From an uncultured Candidatus Rokubacteria bacterium (GTDB taxonomy: Bacteria; Methylomirabilota; Methylomirabilia; Rokubacteriales; DASRDR01): DNA of 64,000 nucleotides. The stretch spans positions 256,172-320,171 of the forward strand of contig CAWEXD010000008.1 of assembly GCA_963812945.1 (NCBI GenBank), in the 5' to 3' direction. This document shows positions 30,171-39,489 of this stretch, one piece after another. Each line of letters begins with the position of its first letter. Positions within the stretch are counted from its first letter, which is position 1. The notes under the pieces are model-generated. The model was given only the letters and a program-made list of their open reading frames with translations. It searched no databases and was not told the origin of the DNA. The translations under genes and the position numbers were made by a program.

Positions 30171-31796
30171 ATGGCCGAGTCGCGCGGCGAGAGGAAAATC
30201 CGGGACGTCCGGTATCTCGACGGGATCGAGGTCAAGCCCGTCTACGGTCCGGCCGACGTGGCCGGCTTCGACTACGCGCGGGACCTCGGCAACCCCGGCG
30301 AGTACCCCTTCACCCGCGGGATCCATCCGCACATGTACCGGGCGCGCCCGTTCACGATGCGGCAGTACATCGGCTTCGGGACGCCGGCCGAGACCAACGC
30401 GCGCTTCAAGTACCTGATGGCCCACGGTCAAGACGCGCTCAACGTGGCGTTCGACCTGCCCACCCAGCTCGGGCTCGACTCCGACGACCCGCGCGCCGAA
30501 GGCGAGGTGGGGCGCGTGGGTATGGCGGTCGACTCGCTCCTCGACATGGAGGAGGCGTTCGACGGCATCGCCGCGGACGGCGTCTCCATCTCGTTCACGA
30601 TCAACTCGATGGCGGCGTTCATCCAGGGGATGTTCCTCGTCGTCGCCGAGAAGCAGGGCGTCTCTTGGGACCGGGTGGTCACGACGCCCCAGAACGACAT
30701 CCTCAAGGAGTTCGTGGCGCGCGGGACGTGGGTCTATCCGGTGGACCCGTCGCTCCGCCTGGTCTGCGACATCGCCGAGTTCTGCGCGCGGCACGCGCCC
30801 CGCGTGAATCCCATCTCCGTCTGCGGCTATCACATCCGCGAGGCCGGGTGCACTCCCGCGCAAGAGATGGCGTACGGGCTCCTGATCGTCGCCGCCTACA
30901 CCGATCTCCTGGTCGCGCGCGGCCTGCCCGTCGACGAGTTCGCCCCGCGCCTGTCGTTCAACTTCACGGCCTGGGGACGGCTCTTCGAGGAGGTCGCGAA
31001 GTTCCGCGCGGGCCGGCGTCTCTACGCCCGGCTGATGAAGGAGCGGTTCGGCGCGCGGAATCCGCGGTCGATGATGTTCCGGTCGCTGATCGGCGGGGGC
31101 GGCTCGGGCTTCACCGTCCAGGAGCCCGAGAACAACATCGTCCGGGGCGCGTACTACAGCCTCGCGGCCGCCCTGTCCGGCTGCCAGACGAGCGCGCTGC
31201 CGACCTACGACGAGGCCTACACGATCCCGTCACCCAAGGCGCAGCTGATCGCGCTCCGCACGATGCAGATCTGCGCGGAGGAGACGGGCGTCGCCGACAC
31301 GGTCGACCCCCTCGCCGGCTCCTACTTCGTCGAGGCGCTCACGAACGAGATGGAGGCGAAGATCCGGGCAGAGATGGAGCGGGTCGAGGGGATGGGCGGC
31401 ATCGTCGAGGCGATCCGATCGGGCGCCATCCAGGCGGAGGTCGCGCGCCAGGCCTACCGGTTCGAGCAGCTCATGCTCTCGGGTGAGTACCCCAAGGTCG
31501 CCGTGAACCGGCACGTCGCGCCCGACGCGTCGCGCGAGGCCTCGCAGACCCTCGAGCTCTACGCCTTCGATCCGAAGGCGGCCGACGCGCAGGTCGCCCG
31601 GCTTCGGCGCCTTCGCCGCGAGCGGGACCAGGGCGTGGTCGACCGGGCGCTCGCGCGCCTGCGTGACGGGGCCCGGGGCTCCGACAACCTGATGCCGCCG
31701 ATCATCGACGCGGTGCGTGCGTACGCCACCTTGGGGGAGATGGCCGGCGCCCTTCGCGAGGTGTGGGGCGAGCACAAGGAACCCACCGCCTTCTGA
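30171..31796 (+). CDS. acyl-CoA mutase large catalytic subunit (methylmalonyl-CoA mutase family, TIM-barrel domain only)
   Basis: 541 aa. A GGAGGAG site precedes the ATG at 30171. Motifs FTRGIHPHMYRARPFTMRQYIGFGT and AFDLPTQLGLDSDDPRAEGEVGRVGMAVDS are present. Confidence 0.85.
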   Translation: MAESRGERKIRDVRYLDGIEVKPVYGPADVAGFDYARDLGNPGEYPFTRGIHPHMYRARPFTMRQYIGFGTPAETNARFKYLMAHGQDALNVAFDLPTQLGLDSDDPRAEGEVGRVGMAVDSLLDMEEAFDGIAADGVSISFTINSMAAFIQGMFLVVAEKQGVSWDRVVTTPQNDILKEFVARGTWVYPVDPSLRLVCDIAEFCARHAPRVNPISVCGYHIREAGCTPAQEMAYGLLIVAAYTDLLVARGLPVDEFAPRLSFNFTAWGRLFEEVAKFRAGRRLYARLMKERFGARNPRSMMFRSLIGGGGSGFTVQEPENNIVRGAYYSLAAALSGCQTSALPTYDEAYTIPSPKAQLIALRTMQICAEETGVADTVDPLAGSYFVEALTNEMEAKIRAEMERVEGMGGIVEAIRSGAIQAEVARQAYRFEQLMLSGEYPKVAVNRHVAPDASREASQTLELYAFDPKAADAQVARLRRLRRERDQGVVDRALARLRDGARGSDNLMPPIIDAVRAYATLGEMAGALREVWGEHKEPTAF

Positions 31797-32533
31797 TCGG
31801 CACCGTGGGATCCGCCGCTGACGCCTGGCACGGGTACAAAGCGCGGAGCTTCGAGCTCCTCGCCCTCGCCGAGGGGGACCAGGTCCTGGACGTCGGCTGC
31901 GGGACGGGCGACGACGCCCGGACCATCGCGGGCCGGGTCGCGAGCGTGTCGGTCATCGGGATCGACGCGAGCGACGAGAAGATCCGGGAAGCCCGGGCCC
32001 GGACCCTGGGCCTGCCGAGGCCGGTCGACTTCCGCGTCGCCGACGCCTACGCGCTCCCGTTCGAGGACGAGACCTTCGACGCCTGCCGCGCCGACCGCGT
32101 GCTCCATCACCTGGTCGATCCTGCCAAGGCGCTCGTGGAAATGGCGCGGGTGACTCGGCCGGGCGGGCGGGTGGTCGTGAGCGACACCGACTATGACACC
32201 CTGGTCGTCGAGGCGCCGGATCCCCGGCTCACGGGGCGCATCGTCGCCCACCACGCGGACCGGATGGAATGCGGCCGGGTCGGCCGCCGGCTTCCCGGCC
32301 TCTTCCGGGACGCTGCCCTCGAGGCCGTCGCCGTGACGCCGTATGCGGCCGTCGCGACGGAGTACGACGAGGAGGTGCTGAAGCTCAGGGACAAGGCCGA
32401 GCGAGCGGCGGCGGCCGGCGTCGTCGGCCGAGCCGACGCCACGCGCTGGGTCGAGAGCCTGGTCGAGGCCGACCGGGCCGGCCGGTTCGTGTGCGCTCTG
32501 ATCGTGCTCACCGTGAGCGGGCGCAAGCCGTGA
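31763..32533 (+). CDS. class I SAM-dependent methyltransferase
   Basis: It has the VLDVGCGTGDD SAM motif. The ATG at 31763 overlaps the mutase 3' end by 34 nt. An alternative GTG start lies at 31805. Confidence 0.7.
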   Translation: MGRAQGTHRLLIGTVGSAADAWHGYKARSFELLALAEGDQVLDVGCGTGDDARTIAGRVASVSVIGIDASDEKIREARARTLGLPRPVDFRVADAYALPFEDETFDACRADRVLHHLVDPAKALVEMARVTRPGGRVVVSDTDYDTLVVEAPDPRLTGRIVAHHADRMECGRVGRRLPGLFRDAALEAVAVTPYAAVATEYDEEVLKLRDKAERAAAAGVVGRADATRWVESLVEADRAGRFVCALIVLTVSGRKP

Positions 32534-33330
32534 GCCTCCTCGAGCCGGCACGGGCCGCCGCCAGCCGAGAGCCGTCCCCAGAGGCCGAAGGCCCGGCCCC
32601 CCCGTACGCCACGCTCGCGCCCTACTTCGCGCAGCTGTTCGAGCCGCACGGGATCCGGCGGTGGTTCGTCGCCGCCTCGGGGCTGGTGGCTGCGGCCGGC
32701 CTCCGGACGGGACGGCATCTCGACGTGGGCGCGGGCACGTGCCGGTACAGCCGCTACTGGGCACGCGCGGGGTTTCGCTCGGTGTGCCTCGATCTCCTCC
32801 ATCCGATGCTGGCGCGGGCACGGCTCGCAGGAACGGGCGGCCGCCTGGTCCGCGTCTGCGGGACTCTCGATTGCCTGCGCCCGGTGGCGGCCTTCGATCT
32901 CGTGACCGCGATCGACGACGTCGTCGCGTACGTGGGCGCGCAGGATGGCGGGCTCGACCGGTTCCTGGGGCAGCTCTCGCCCCACGTCCGCCCGGGCGGT
33001 CTCTTCCTCTTCGACTTCATCACCCCGGCGGGCCGCCGGCGCTACACGTTCCGCAACTCCCGAACGCTGGCGGCCGGCCGCATCGTCGCCGACAGCCGGG
33101 GGTGCTTCGACGAGACGGCGCGCACCCTGTCGGTCGATCTCACGCTGGAGACGCCGGACCACGTCGCCCGCGAGCGCCACGTGATGCGGCTCCACACGAT
33201 GCCGGAGGTCCGGGACGCGCTCCGGCGCGCGGGCTTCGAGGTCGTCGTCGTGACCGATCTGTACGACGGCGACGGGGTCTCCTACGAGGCCGGCTTGCCG
33301 TCGTACGACGTGCTCGCTCGCCGCCGATGA
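32530..33330 (+). CDS. class I SAM-dependent methyltransferase (second copy)
   Basis: 266 aa. The GTG start overlaps the previous stop (GTGA). It has the LDVGAGTC SAM motif. Confidence 0.65.
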   Translation: MSLLEPARAAASREPSPEAEGPAPPYATLAPYFAQLFEPHGIRRWFVAASGLVAAAGLRTGRHLDVGAGTCRYSRYWARAGFRSVCLDLLHPMLARARLAGTGGRLVRVCGTLDCLRPVAAFDLVTAIDDVVAYVGAQDGGLDRFLGQLSPHVRPGGLFLFDFITPAGRRRYTFRNSRTLAAGRIVADSRGCFDETARTLSVDLTLETPDHVARERHVMRLHTMPEVRDALRRAGFEVVVVTDLYDGDGVSYEAGLPSYDVLARRR

Positions 33331-34523
33331 TGCTCCTCGACGGCGTCCGGGTGCTCGATCTCTCGCGCATGCTTGCGGGCCCGTACGGCTCGATGCTCCT
33401 GGCAGATCTCGGGGCCGAGGTGATCAAGATCGAGGATCCGGAGGGCGGCGACCCCATGCGCGTCATGGGCCCGCCGTTCCTCGGGCCCGAGCGCGAGAGC
33501 GCCTACTTCCTCGCGATCAACCGGAACAAGAAGAGCGTGGCGATCAACCTCGAGCGGCCCGAGGGGCAGGGGATCCTCCACGACCTCTGCCGGGTGGCCG
33601 ACGTCGTGTGGGAGAACTTCCGCCCGGGCGTCATGGCGCGGCTCGGCTGCGCTCCCGAGACGCTTCGCCGGCTCAATCCGCGGCTGATCGTCTGCTCGAT
33701 CTCGGCCTTCGGGCAGGAGGGGCCGTACCGGGAGTGGCCGGCCTTCGACCTGGCGCTTCAGGCCATGGGCGGGGGGATGAGCCTCACGGGGGAGGCGGGC
33801 CGCCCGCCCGCTCGCATGGGGCTCCCGATGGGCGATCTGGCCGGCGGCATGTTCGGGGCGCTGGCGGTCGCCAGCGCGCTGTTCCGGCGGGCGCAAACCG
33901 GCGAGGGCGCACACTTCGACCTGTCCCTCCTCGACGGCCAGGTGTCCCTGCTGACCTACGTCGCCCAGTATTTCTGGGCGGACGGCCAGGTGCCGGGACG
34001 GGTTGGCTCGGGCCACGCGTCGGTGGTGCCCTACCAGGCCTTCCCGACGAAGGACGGCCACGTCGTCGTCGCGGTCTTCGCCGAGAAGTTCTGGGCGGGC
34101 TTCTGCCGCGCGATCGAGCGACCGGATCTCGCGGCCGACCCGAGGTTCGATTCGAACCCGAACCGGGTGGCGCGCCGCGGGGAGCTGGTGCCGGTGCTCG
34201 AGGCCATCTTCCCCGCGCGAACGACGGCGGAGTGGCTCGGCCGGATGCAGCGAGAAGGCGTGCCGGCGGCCCCGATCAACACGGTGGACCGGGTCGTGGC
34301 GGATCCCCAGGTGCTCCTGCGCCAGATGGTCGTCGATCTGGAGCACCCGTCCCTGGGGACCGTGAGAACCCTCGGCACTCCCATCAAGGTCGCGGAGGGA
34401 CCGCCGTTTCGGCCCGCCCCGCCCCCTGGCCTCGGCCAGCATACCGATTCGGTGCTCCGCGCGCTCCTCGCCTATCCCTCCGAGCGAATCGACGCGCTGC
34501 GCGGCCAGGGCGTCATCGGGTAG
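33327..34523 (+). CDS. CoA-transferase family III (CaiB/BaiF-like)
   Basis: 398 aa. The N-terminus reads MMLLDGVRVLDLSRMLAGPYGSMLLADLGAEVIKIE. The ATG overlaps the previous stop. Confidence 0.9.
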   Translation: MMLLDGVRVLDLSRMLAGPYGSMLLADLGAEVIKIEDPEGGDPMRVMGPPFLGPERESAYFLAINRNKKSVAINLERPEGQGILHDLCRVADVVWENFRPGVMARLGCAPETLRRLNPRLIVCSISAFGQEGPYREWPAFDLALQAMGGGMSLTGEAGRPPARMGLPMGDLAGGMFGALAVASALFRRAQTGEGAHFDLSLLDGQVSLLTYVAQYFWADGQVPGRVGSGHASVVPYQAFPTKDGHVVVAVFAEKFWAGFCRAIERPDLAADPRFDSNPNRVARRGELVPVLEAIFPARTTAEWLGRMQREGVPAAPINTVDRVVADPQVLLRQMVVDLEHPSLGTVRTLGTPIKVAEGPPFRPAPPPGLGQHTDSVLRALLAYPSERIDALRGQGVIG

Positions 34524-34577
34524 GCCTCGGGCCGGGATGCTAGACTCTCGCCGAGGGTCCATCCCGGGAGGACGAGC

Positions 34578-35441
34578 CTGAGGCCTGCCTTCGCCTATCA
34601 TCGCCCCGCCTCGCTCGAGGAGGCGTGCCGGCTGCTCGCCGCCGAGCCGCGCGCCGCGGTCCTGGCGGGGGGCACGGATCTCATGGTCCACCTCCGCCAG
34701 TCCCAACGCGGCAGGCGCCCTCCGGCGGTCGTGAACGTCAAGCGCATCCAGGGGCTGGCGGGGATCGACGTGCGCACCGGGGCGATCCGGCTCGGCGCGC
34801 TCACGACGCTGACCGCGCTCGTCGAGCACCCGGTCATCGCGGCCGAGTATCCGGTCCTGCCGTTCACCGCGCGCTACATGGGCTCGCCCGCGATCCGGCA
34901 TCTGGCCACGATCGGGGGCAACCTCTGCAACGCCTCCCCGGCTGCGGACCTCCCGCCGGTGCTGCTCGTCCTCGACGCCGAGCTCGAGGTTGTCGGCCCC
35001 GCCGGGGCGCGGCAGCTTCCGCTCGACGCGTTCTTCCAGGGCCCCGGACAGACCGCCCTCCTTCCGGGCGAGCTGCTCGCGTGCATCGAGTTCCCGCGAA
35101 AGCACGACGGGTGGATCCTCCGCTACGAGCGGCTGGACGTGCGCCGCGCGATGGACATCGCCATCGTGGGCGTTGCCCTCGCGCTCCGCCGGGACGGGTC
35201 TCGCGTGACCGAGGTCCGGCTCGCCCTCGGCGCGGTGGCGCCGAGGCCGCTTCGCGTCCCGGACGCCGAGGCGGCGCTCGTGGCGGGCGGGCTCGGGCCG
35301 GCTGCCATCGAGCGGGCGGCCGAGCTGGCGATGGCGGCGTCCCGGCCGATCAGCGACGTGCGCGCGACCGCGGAGTATCGCCGCGAGATGGTGGGGGCCC
35401 TCGTGCGGCGCGCCCTGACCTCGGTCGCGGTCAGCCGGTGA
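34578..35441 (+). CDS. molybdopterin dehydrogenase FAD-binding subunit (CoxM/xanthine-dehydrogenase medium subunit-like)
   Basis: The conserved N-terminus (RPAFAYHRPASLEEACRLLAAEPRAAVLAGGTDLMVHL) lies upstream of the first ATG at 34683. There is no ATG, GTG or TTG in frame between the upstream stop at 34521 and 34683. The start is provisionally placed at the CTG at 34578. Confidence 0.6.
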   Translation: MRPAFAYHRPASLEEACRLLAAEPRAAVLAGGTDLMVHLRQSQRGRRPPAVVNVKRIQGLAGIDVRTGAIRLGALTTLTALVEHPVIAAEYPVLPFTARYMGSPAIRHLATIGGNLCNASPAADLPPVLLVLDAELEVVGPAGARQLPLDAFFQGPGQTALLPGELLACIEFPRKHDGWILRYERLDVRRAMDIAIVGVALALRRDGSRVTEVRLALGAVAPRPLRVPDAEAALVAGGLGPAAIERAAELAMAASRPISDVRATAEYRREMVGALVRRALTSVAVSR

Positions 35442-35448
35442 TCCCCGC

Positions 35449-35970
35449 GTGAGTGAGCGCTACCCCCTGGAGCTGGCCGTGAACGGGCGCCGCGTGCGCC
35501 GGGAGGTTCCGGGCTCCCGCACGCTGCTCGAGCTCCTTCGGGGCGATCTTCGCCTCACCGGGACCAATCTCTCCTGCGACACGGGCGACTGCGGCGCCTG
35601 CACGGTCCTGGTCGACGGCCGCCCGTGCACGGCCTGCCTGGTCCTTGCGCTCGACGTCGACGGGAGCGAGGTGACGACCATCGAGGGCCTGGCGGCGCGA
35701 TGGCACGCCCAGTCGGGGGACCGTTCGCCCACGCTTCACCCGGTCCAGCAGGGCTTTCTCGAGGAGGGCGGCGCCCAGTGCGGGTTCTGCACCGCGGGGA
35801 TGGTCATGGCCGCCGCCGGTTTCCTCGAGGCGAGCCCGGCGCCCACCGAGGCGGAGATCCGCGCCGCCCTCGAGGGGAACCTGTGTCGGTGCACGGGCTA
35901 CGTCAAGATCATCCGCGCGGTGGAGGTCGCCGCCGAGCGCATGCGCGCGGCCGGGAGGACGCCGGCGTGA
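35449..35970 (+). CDS. (2Fe-2S)-binding small subunit of a molybdenum hydroxylase (CoxS-like)
   Basis: 173 aa. Both 2Fe-2S motifs are present: CDTGDCGACTV and CGFCTAGMVM...CRCTGY. Confidence 0.9.
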   Translation: MSERYPLELAVNGRRVRREVPGSRTLLELLRGDLRLTGTNLSCDTGDCGACTVLVDGRPCTACLVLALDVDGSEVTTIEGLAARWHAQSGDRSPTLHPVQQGFLEEGGAQCGFCTAGMVMAAAGFLEASPAPTEAEIRAALEGNLCRCTGYVKIIRAVEVAAERMRAAGRTPA

Positions 35971-38330
35971 GCGAGCCCCAGGGGCCGCGCGCACCGCGCG
36001 CGATCGGCGGCGCGGCCGTGCAGACCACGGGAGACGACCGGCGGACCCGGCCGTTCCGGGTCATCGGCACGAGGGTCGCCAAGCTCGACGCCGTCGAGAA
36101 GGTGACCGGAACGGTCCAGTACCTCCCCGATCTCGAGGTTCCCGGGATGGTGTGGGGGAAGATCCTCCGCACGCGGGTGCCGCACGCGCGCATCTCGCGG
36201 ATCGACACGACCCGGGCCGAGGCGCTCCCCGGGGTGCTGGGTGTCGTCACGGGCCGCAACGTCCAGCAGCATCCGTTCGGCTACGCGAAGGACCACCTGG
36301 CCCTGAAGGGCGACCTGGTTCGCTGCATCCGCGACGAGGTGGCCGCGGTGGCGGCCGAGACCGAGGAGATCGCGGAGGAGGCGTGCCGGCTGATCGACGT
36401 CACGTACGAGGAGCTGCCTGCGGTCTTCGATCCGGAAGCCGCGCTCCGGCCCGACGCGCCACGGATTCACCCGCAGTTCCCGGGGAACCTCGTCAACTTC
36501 GCCTACAAGTTCAACGCCGGCGACGTCGATCGCGCGTTCCGCGAGGCCGACGTGGTCGTCGAGGGGACGTATCGGCTGAACTACGTCACCACAGCCTGCA
36601 TCGGGACGATGGCGGCCATCGCCCAGTGGGATCCCCGCGGCAGCCTCACGATGTGGTCCACGACCCAGATCCCGTTCCTCTACCAGAAGGACCTGGCGGA
36701 GGCGCTTGGGATCTCCGGGGACCGCGTTCGCGTCATCCAGCCGCCGGTCGGCGGGAACTTCGGCCGGGGGCTCGACCTCTACCCGATCGACATCATCGCC
36801 GCGCTCCTCGCCCGGCACGTCAGCCGGCCGGTGAAGATCGTGTTCGACCGGGAGGAGGAGTTCGTCGCGAGCCCGACCCGCGAGCCCTGCGTCTTCACCC
36901 TCCGCACGGCGGCGCGCGCCGATGGGACGCTCCTCGCGCGGGACGCCCGGGTCCTCATCGACAACGGCGCGTACGTCTCGTGGGGGTCGACGACCCCGTA
37001 CGTCATGATGACGACGCTCGCCGGCTTCTACCGCTGCCCGAACATCCGCTTCGACACCCAGATCGTGTACACGAACAACGTCTACTCGGGCTCCATGCGC
37101 GGGTACGGCAACCTCGAGTCGACCTTCGCGGTCGAGGCGCAGATGGACGAGCTCGCGGAGCGGCTTGGGCTGGATCGGGTCGAGATCCGGCGCCGGAACG
37201 CGAACCGGCCGGGCGACGTCACGCCCCAGGGGCTCCGGATCACGAGCTGCGCCTTGACGGAGTGCTTCGACGCGGTGGCGCGCGACATCCGCCAGCCCGT
37301 CGACCGGCCGCTCCGGGTCGGCTGGACGAGAGGGATCGGCTACGCGGGGATGTTCCACGTCGGAGGCGGCGCGCGCGTCTACCGATCGGACGGCTGCGGG
37401 GCGATCGTCAAGCTCGACGACTTCGGGAAGGTCACCCTGATCACCGGTGCCAGCGAGATCGGGCAGGGGTCGGAGACGGTGCTCGCGATGATCGTCGCCG
37501 AGGAACTCGGGATCCCGTTCGGCCGGGTCGAGGTCGTGAACGACGACACCGCGGTCAAGCCCTGGGACGTCGGCGTCCACGCCAGCCGGACGACGTTCAT
37601 CGCGGGGAACGCCGCGCTGCTGGCCGCGCGGGACGTGAAGCGCCAGCTCCTCGCGCTGGGTGCCCAGCAGCTCGACGAGCCCGCCGAGGCGCTCGACGTC
37701 GAGGACGGGTTCGTGCACGTCGTGGCCGTGCCTCAGCGCCGGATCGCGTACGAGCGCGTCGTCCGGGCGGGCCACTTCCGCGAGGGCGGCCGGATCCTGA
37801 TCGGCCAAGCCTTCTACGACCCGCCGACCCAGATGCTGGACAAGGACTTCCGGGGGAACGTGTCGGTCACCTACGGCTTCGCGGCCCAGGCCGCGCTGGT
37901 CGAGGTGGAAGAGACCACCGGGAAGATCGAAGTGCTGCGCGTGGCCTCCGCGCACGACGTCGGGCGGGCCCTGAATCCGGTCGGCTGCGAGGGCCAGATC
38001 GAGGGCGGCATCCACATGGGGCTCGGCTACTGCCTGACCGAGGAGCTTCGGTTCCGGGACGGGCGCGTGCTGAACCCCGGTTTCCTCGACTACAAGATCC
38101 TCACGGCCCCGGACATGCCCGAGATCCTGATCACGCTCATCGAGACGGTCGACGAGGCCGGGCCCTTTGGCGCCAAGGGGCTCGGCGAGGCGGGCACCAT
38201 TCCCATCTCCGCGGCGGTCGCGAACGCGGTGAAGGACGCGACCGGGGTGCGGATCACCGAGCTGCCGATGACGCCGGAGCGCGTGTACCGGGCGCTTCGG
38301 GAGGGGCGAAGGAGCTCCGAAGACGCGTGA
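35967..38330 (+). CDS. xanthine dehydrogenase / aldehyde oxidase family molybdopterin-binding large subunit (CoxL-like, not a form-I CO dehydrogenase)
   Basis: 787 aa. The GTG start overlaps the CoxS stop (GTGA) after a GGGAGGA site. It has the Mo-cofactor binding domains but lacks the VAYRCSFR CODH signature. Confidence 0.85.
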   Translation: MSEPQGPRAPRAIGGAAVQTTGDDRRTRPFRVIGTRVAKLDAVEKVTGTVQYLPDLEVPGMVWGKILRTRVPHARISRIDTTRAEALPGVLGVVTGRNVQQHPFGYAKDHLALKGDLVRCIRDEVAAVAAETEEIAEEACRLIDVTYEELPAVFDPEAALRPDAPRIHPQFPGNLVNFAYKFNAGDVDRAFREADVVVEGTYRLNYVTTACIGTMAAIAQWDPRGSLTMWSTTQIPFLYQKDLAEALGISGDRVRVIQPPVGGNFGRGLDLYPIDIIAALLARHVSRPVKIVFDREEEFVASPTREPCVFTLRTAARADGTLLARDARVLIDNGAYVSWGSTTPYVMMTTLAGFYRCPNIRFDTQIVYTNNVYSGSMRGYGNLESTFAVEAQMDELAERLGLDRVEIRRRNANRPGDVTPQGLRITSCALTECFDAVARDIRQPVDRPLRVGWTRGIGYAGMFHVGGGARVYRSDGCGAIVKLDDFGKVTLITGASEIGQGSETVLAMIVAEELGIPFGRVEVVNDDTAVKPWDVGVHASRTTFIAGNAALLAARDVKRQLLALGAQQLDEPAEALDVEDGFVHVVAVPQRRIAYERVVRAGHFREGGRILIGQAFYDPPTQMLDKDFRGNVSVTYGFAAQAALVEVEETTGKIEVLRVASAHDVGRALNPVGCEGQIEGGIHMGLGYCLTEELRFRDGRVLNPGFLDYKILTAPDMPEILITLIETVDEAGPFGAKGLGEAGTIPISAAVANAVKDATGVRITELPMTPERVYRALREGRRSSEDA

Positions 38331-38409
38331 GGACTCCAGACGCCCAGTCGATCGCGGACGTGTCGCGTGTCCCCTCCGCGATCGCGCTTTTCGGCAGCAC
38401 CGCCGAGCG

Positions 38410-39432
38410 ATGATGACCCACTCGCGATTCCGCCGGGGGGCTGGCATCCTCGCGTCGAGGGTTTTCCTCGGGGTCGCTCTGAGCGTCGCGGTCTTCGGCC
38501 CACTGCGTGCCGCCGAGGCGCAGCAGGCGGGAAGGGTCTATCGCGTTGGCTTTCTGTGGGACAGTCCGGCCGTGTGGCCGCATGCGCTGGAAGCGTTCCG
38601 CCAAAGGCTGCGCGATCTGGGCTGGGTGGACGGGCAGAACATCGTCGTCGAGTACCGTTGGGCCGAGGGGCGGTTCGATCGGCTTCCTGGCCTGGCGGAG
38701 GAGCTCGTCGGGCTGAAGGTCGACGTCATCGTGGCCCCGACGTCCATCTACGCCGGGGCCGCGAAGCGGGCGACCTCGACGATTCCCATCGTATTCGCCA
38801 GCCACGCGGACCCAATCGGCAGCGGCCACGTGGTCAGCCTCGCGCGGCCGGGCGGGAACATCACCGGACTCACGATCATGATGAGTGAGACGACCGTCAA
38901 GGGCCTGGAGCTGCTGAGGGAAGCCGTGCCGGGGCTCTCACGCGTGGCGGTTCTCTGGGACCCAGCTACGCCTTCGCATCGGCCCGGCTTGGAAGCCGTC
39001 GAGACCACCGGGCGGGCGCTGGGACTCCGACTCCAGCCGATCGCCGTGCGACGCGCGACGGAATTCGACAGCGCCTTCTTGGCCGTCGTCCGGGAACGGG
39101 GCGGCGGGGTCCTGGTTCTTTCCACGCCCCTGTTCTTGGGTGAGGCGAGGCGCCTCGCGGATCTCGCCGTGAAACACAAGCTCCCGACGATGTTTGGACC
39201 GAAAGAGCACGTGGAGGTCGGCGGTCTCCTGAGCTACGGCCCCGACCGGGCCGACCTGTACCGTCGCGCCGCCACCTATGTCGACAGGATCCTGAGAGGG
39301 GCCAAGCCCACTGACCTCCCAGTCGAGCAGGCGACGAAGTTCGAGTTGGTCATCAATCTCAAGACCGCCAGGGCGCTCGGGGTCACCATTCCGCAGTCGG
39401 TGCTCGCGCGGGCGGATCAGATCATCGACTAG
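38410..39432 (+). CDS. ABC transporter substrate-binding protein (PF04392 type), paralog of 1147-2124
   Basis: 340 aa. It has an RR-containing signal (SRFRRGAGILA) and the shared C-terminal signature ELVINLKTARALGVTIPQSVLARADQII. Confidence 0.8.
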   Translation: MMTHSRFRRGAGILASRVFLGVALSVAVFGPLRAAEAQQAGRVYRVGFLWDSPAVWPHALEAFRQRLRDLGWVDGQNIVVEYRWAEGRFDRLPGLAEELVGLKVDVIVAPTSIYAGAAKRATSTIPIVFASHADPIGSGHVVSLARPGGNITGLTIMMSETTVKGLELLREAVPGLSRVAVLWDPATPSHRPGLEAVETTGRALGLRLQPIAVRRATEFDSAFLAVVRERGGGVLVLSTPLFLGEARRLADLAVKHKLPTMFGPKEHVEVGGLLSYGPDRADLYRRAATYVDRILRGAKPTDLPVEQATKFELVINLKTARALGVTIPQSVLARADQIID

Positions 39433-39489
39433 TGCCGAGGGCGACCGAGCCATCACGGATGGGGTGAAGGCCCCGGAGGGAGACCGATC

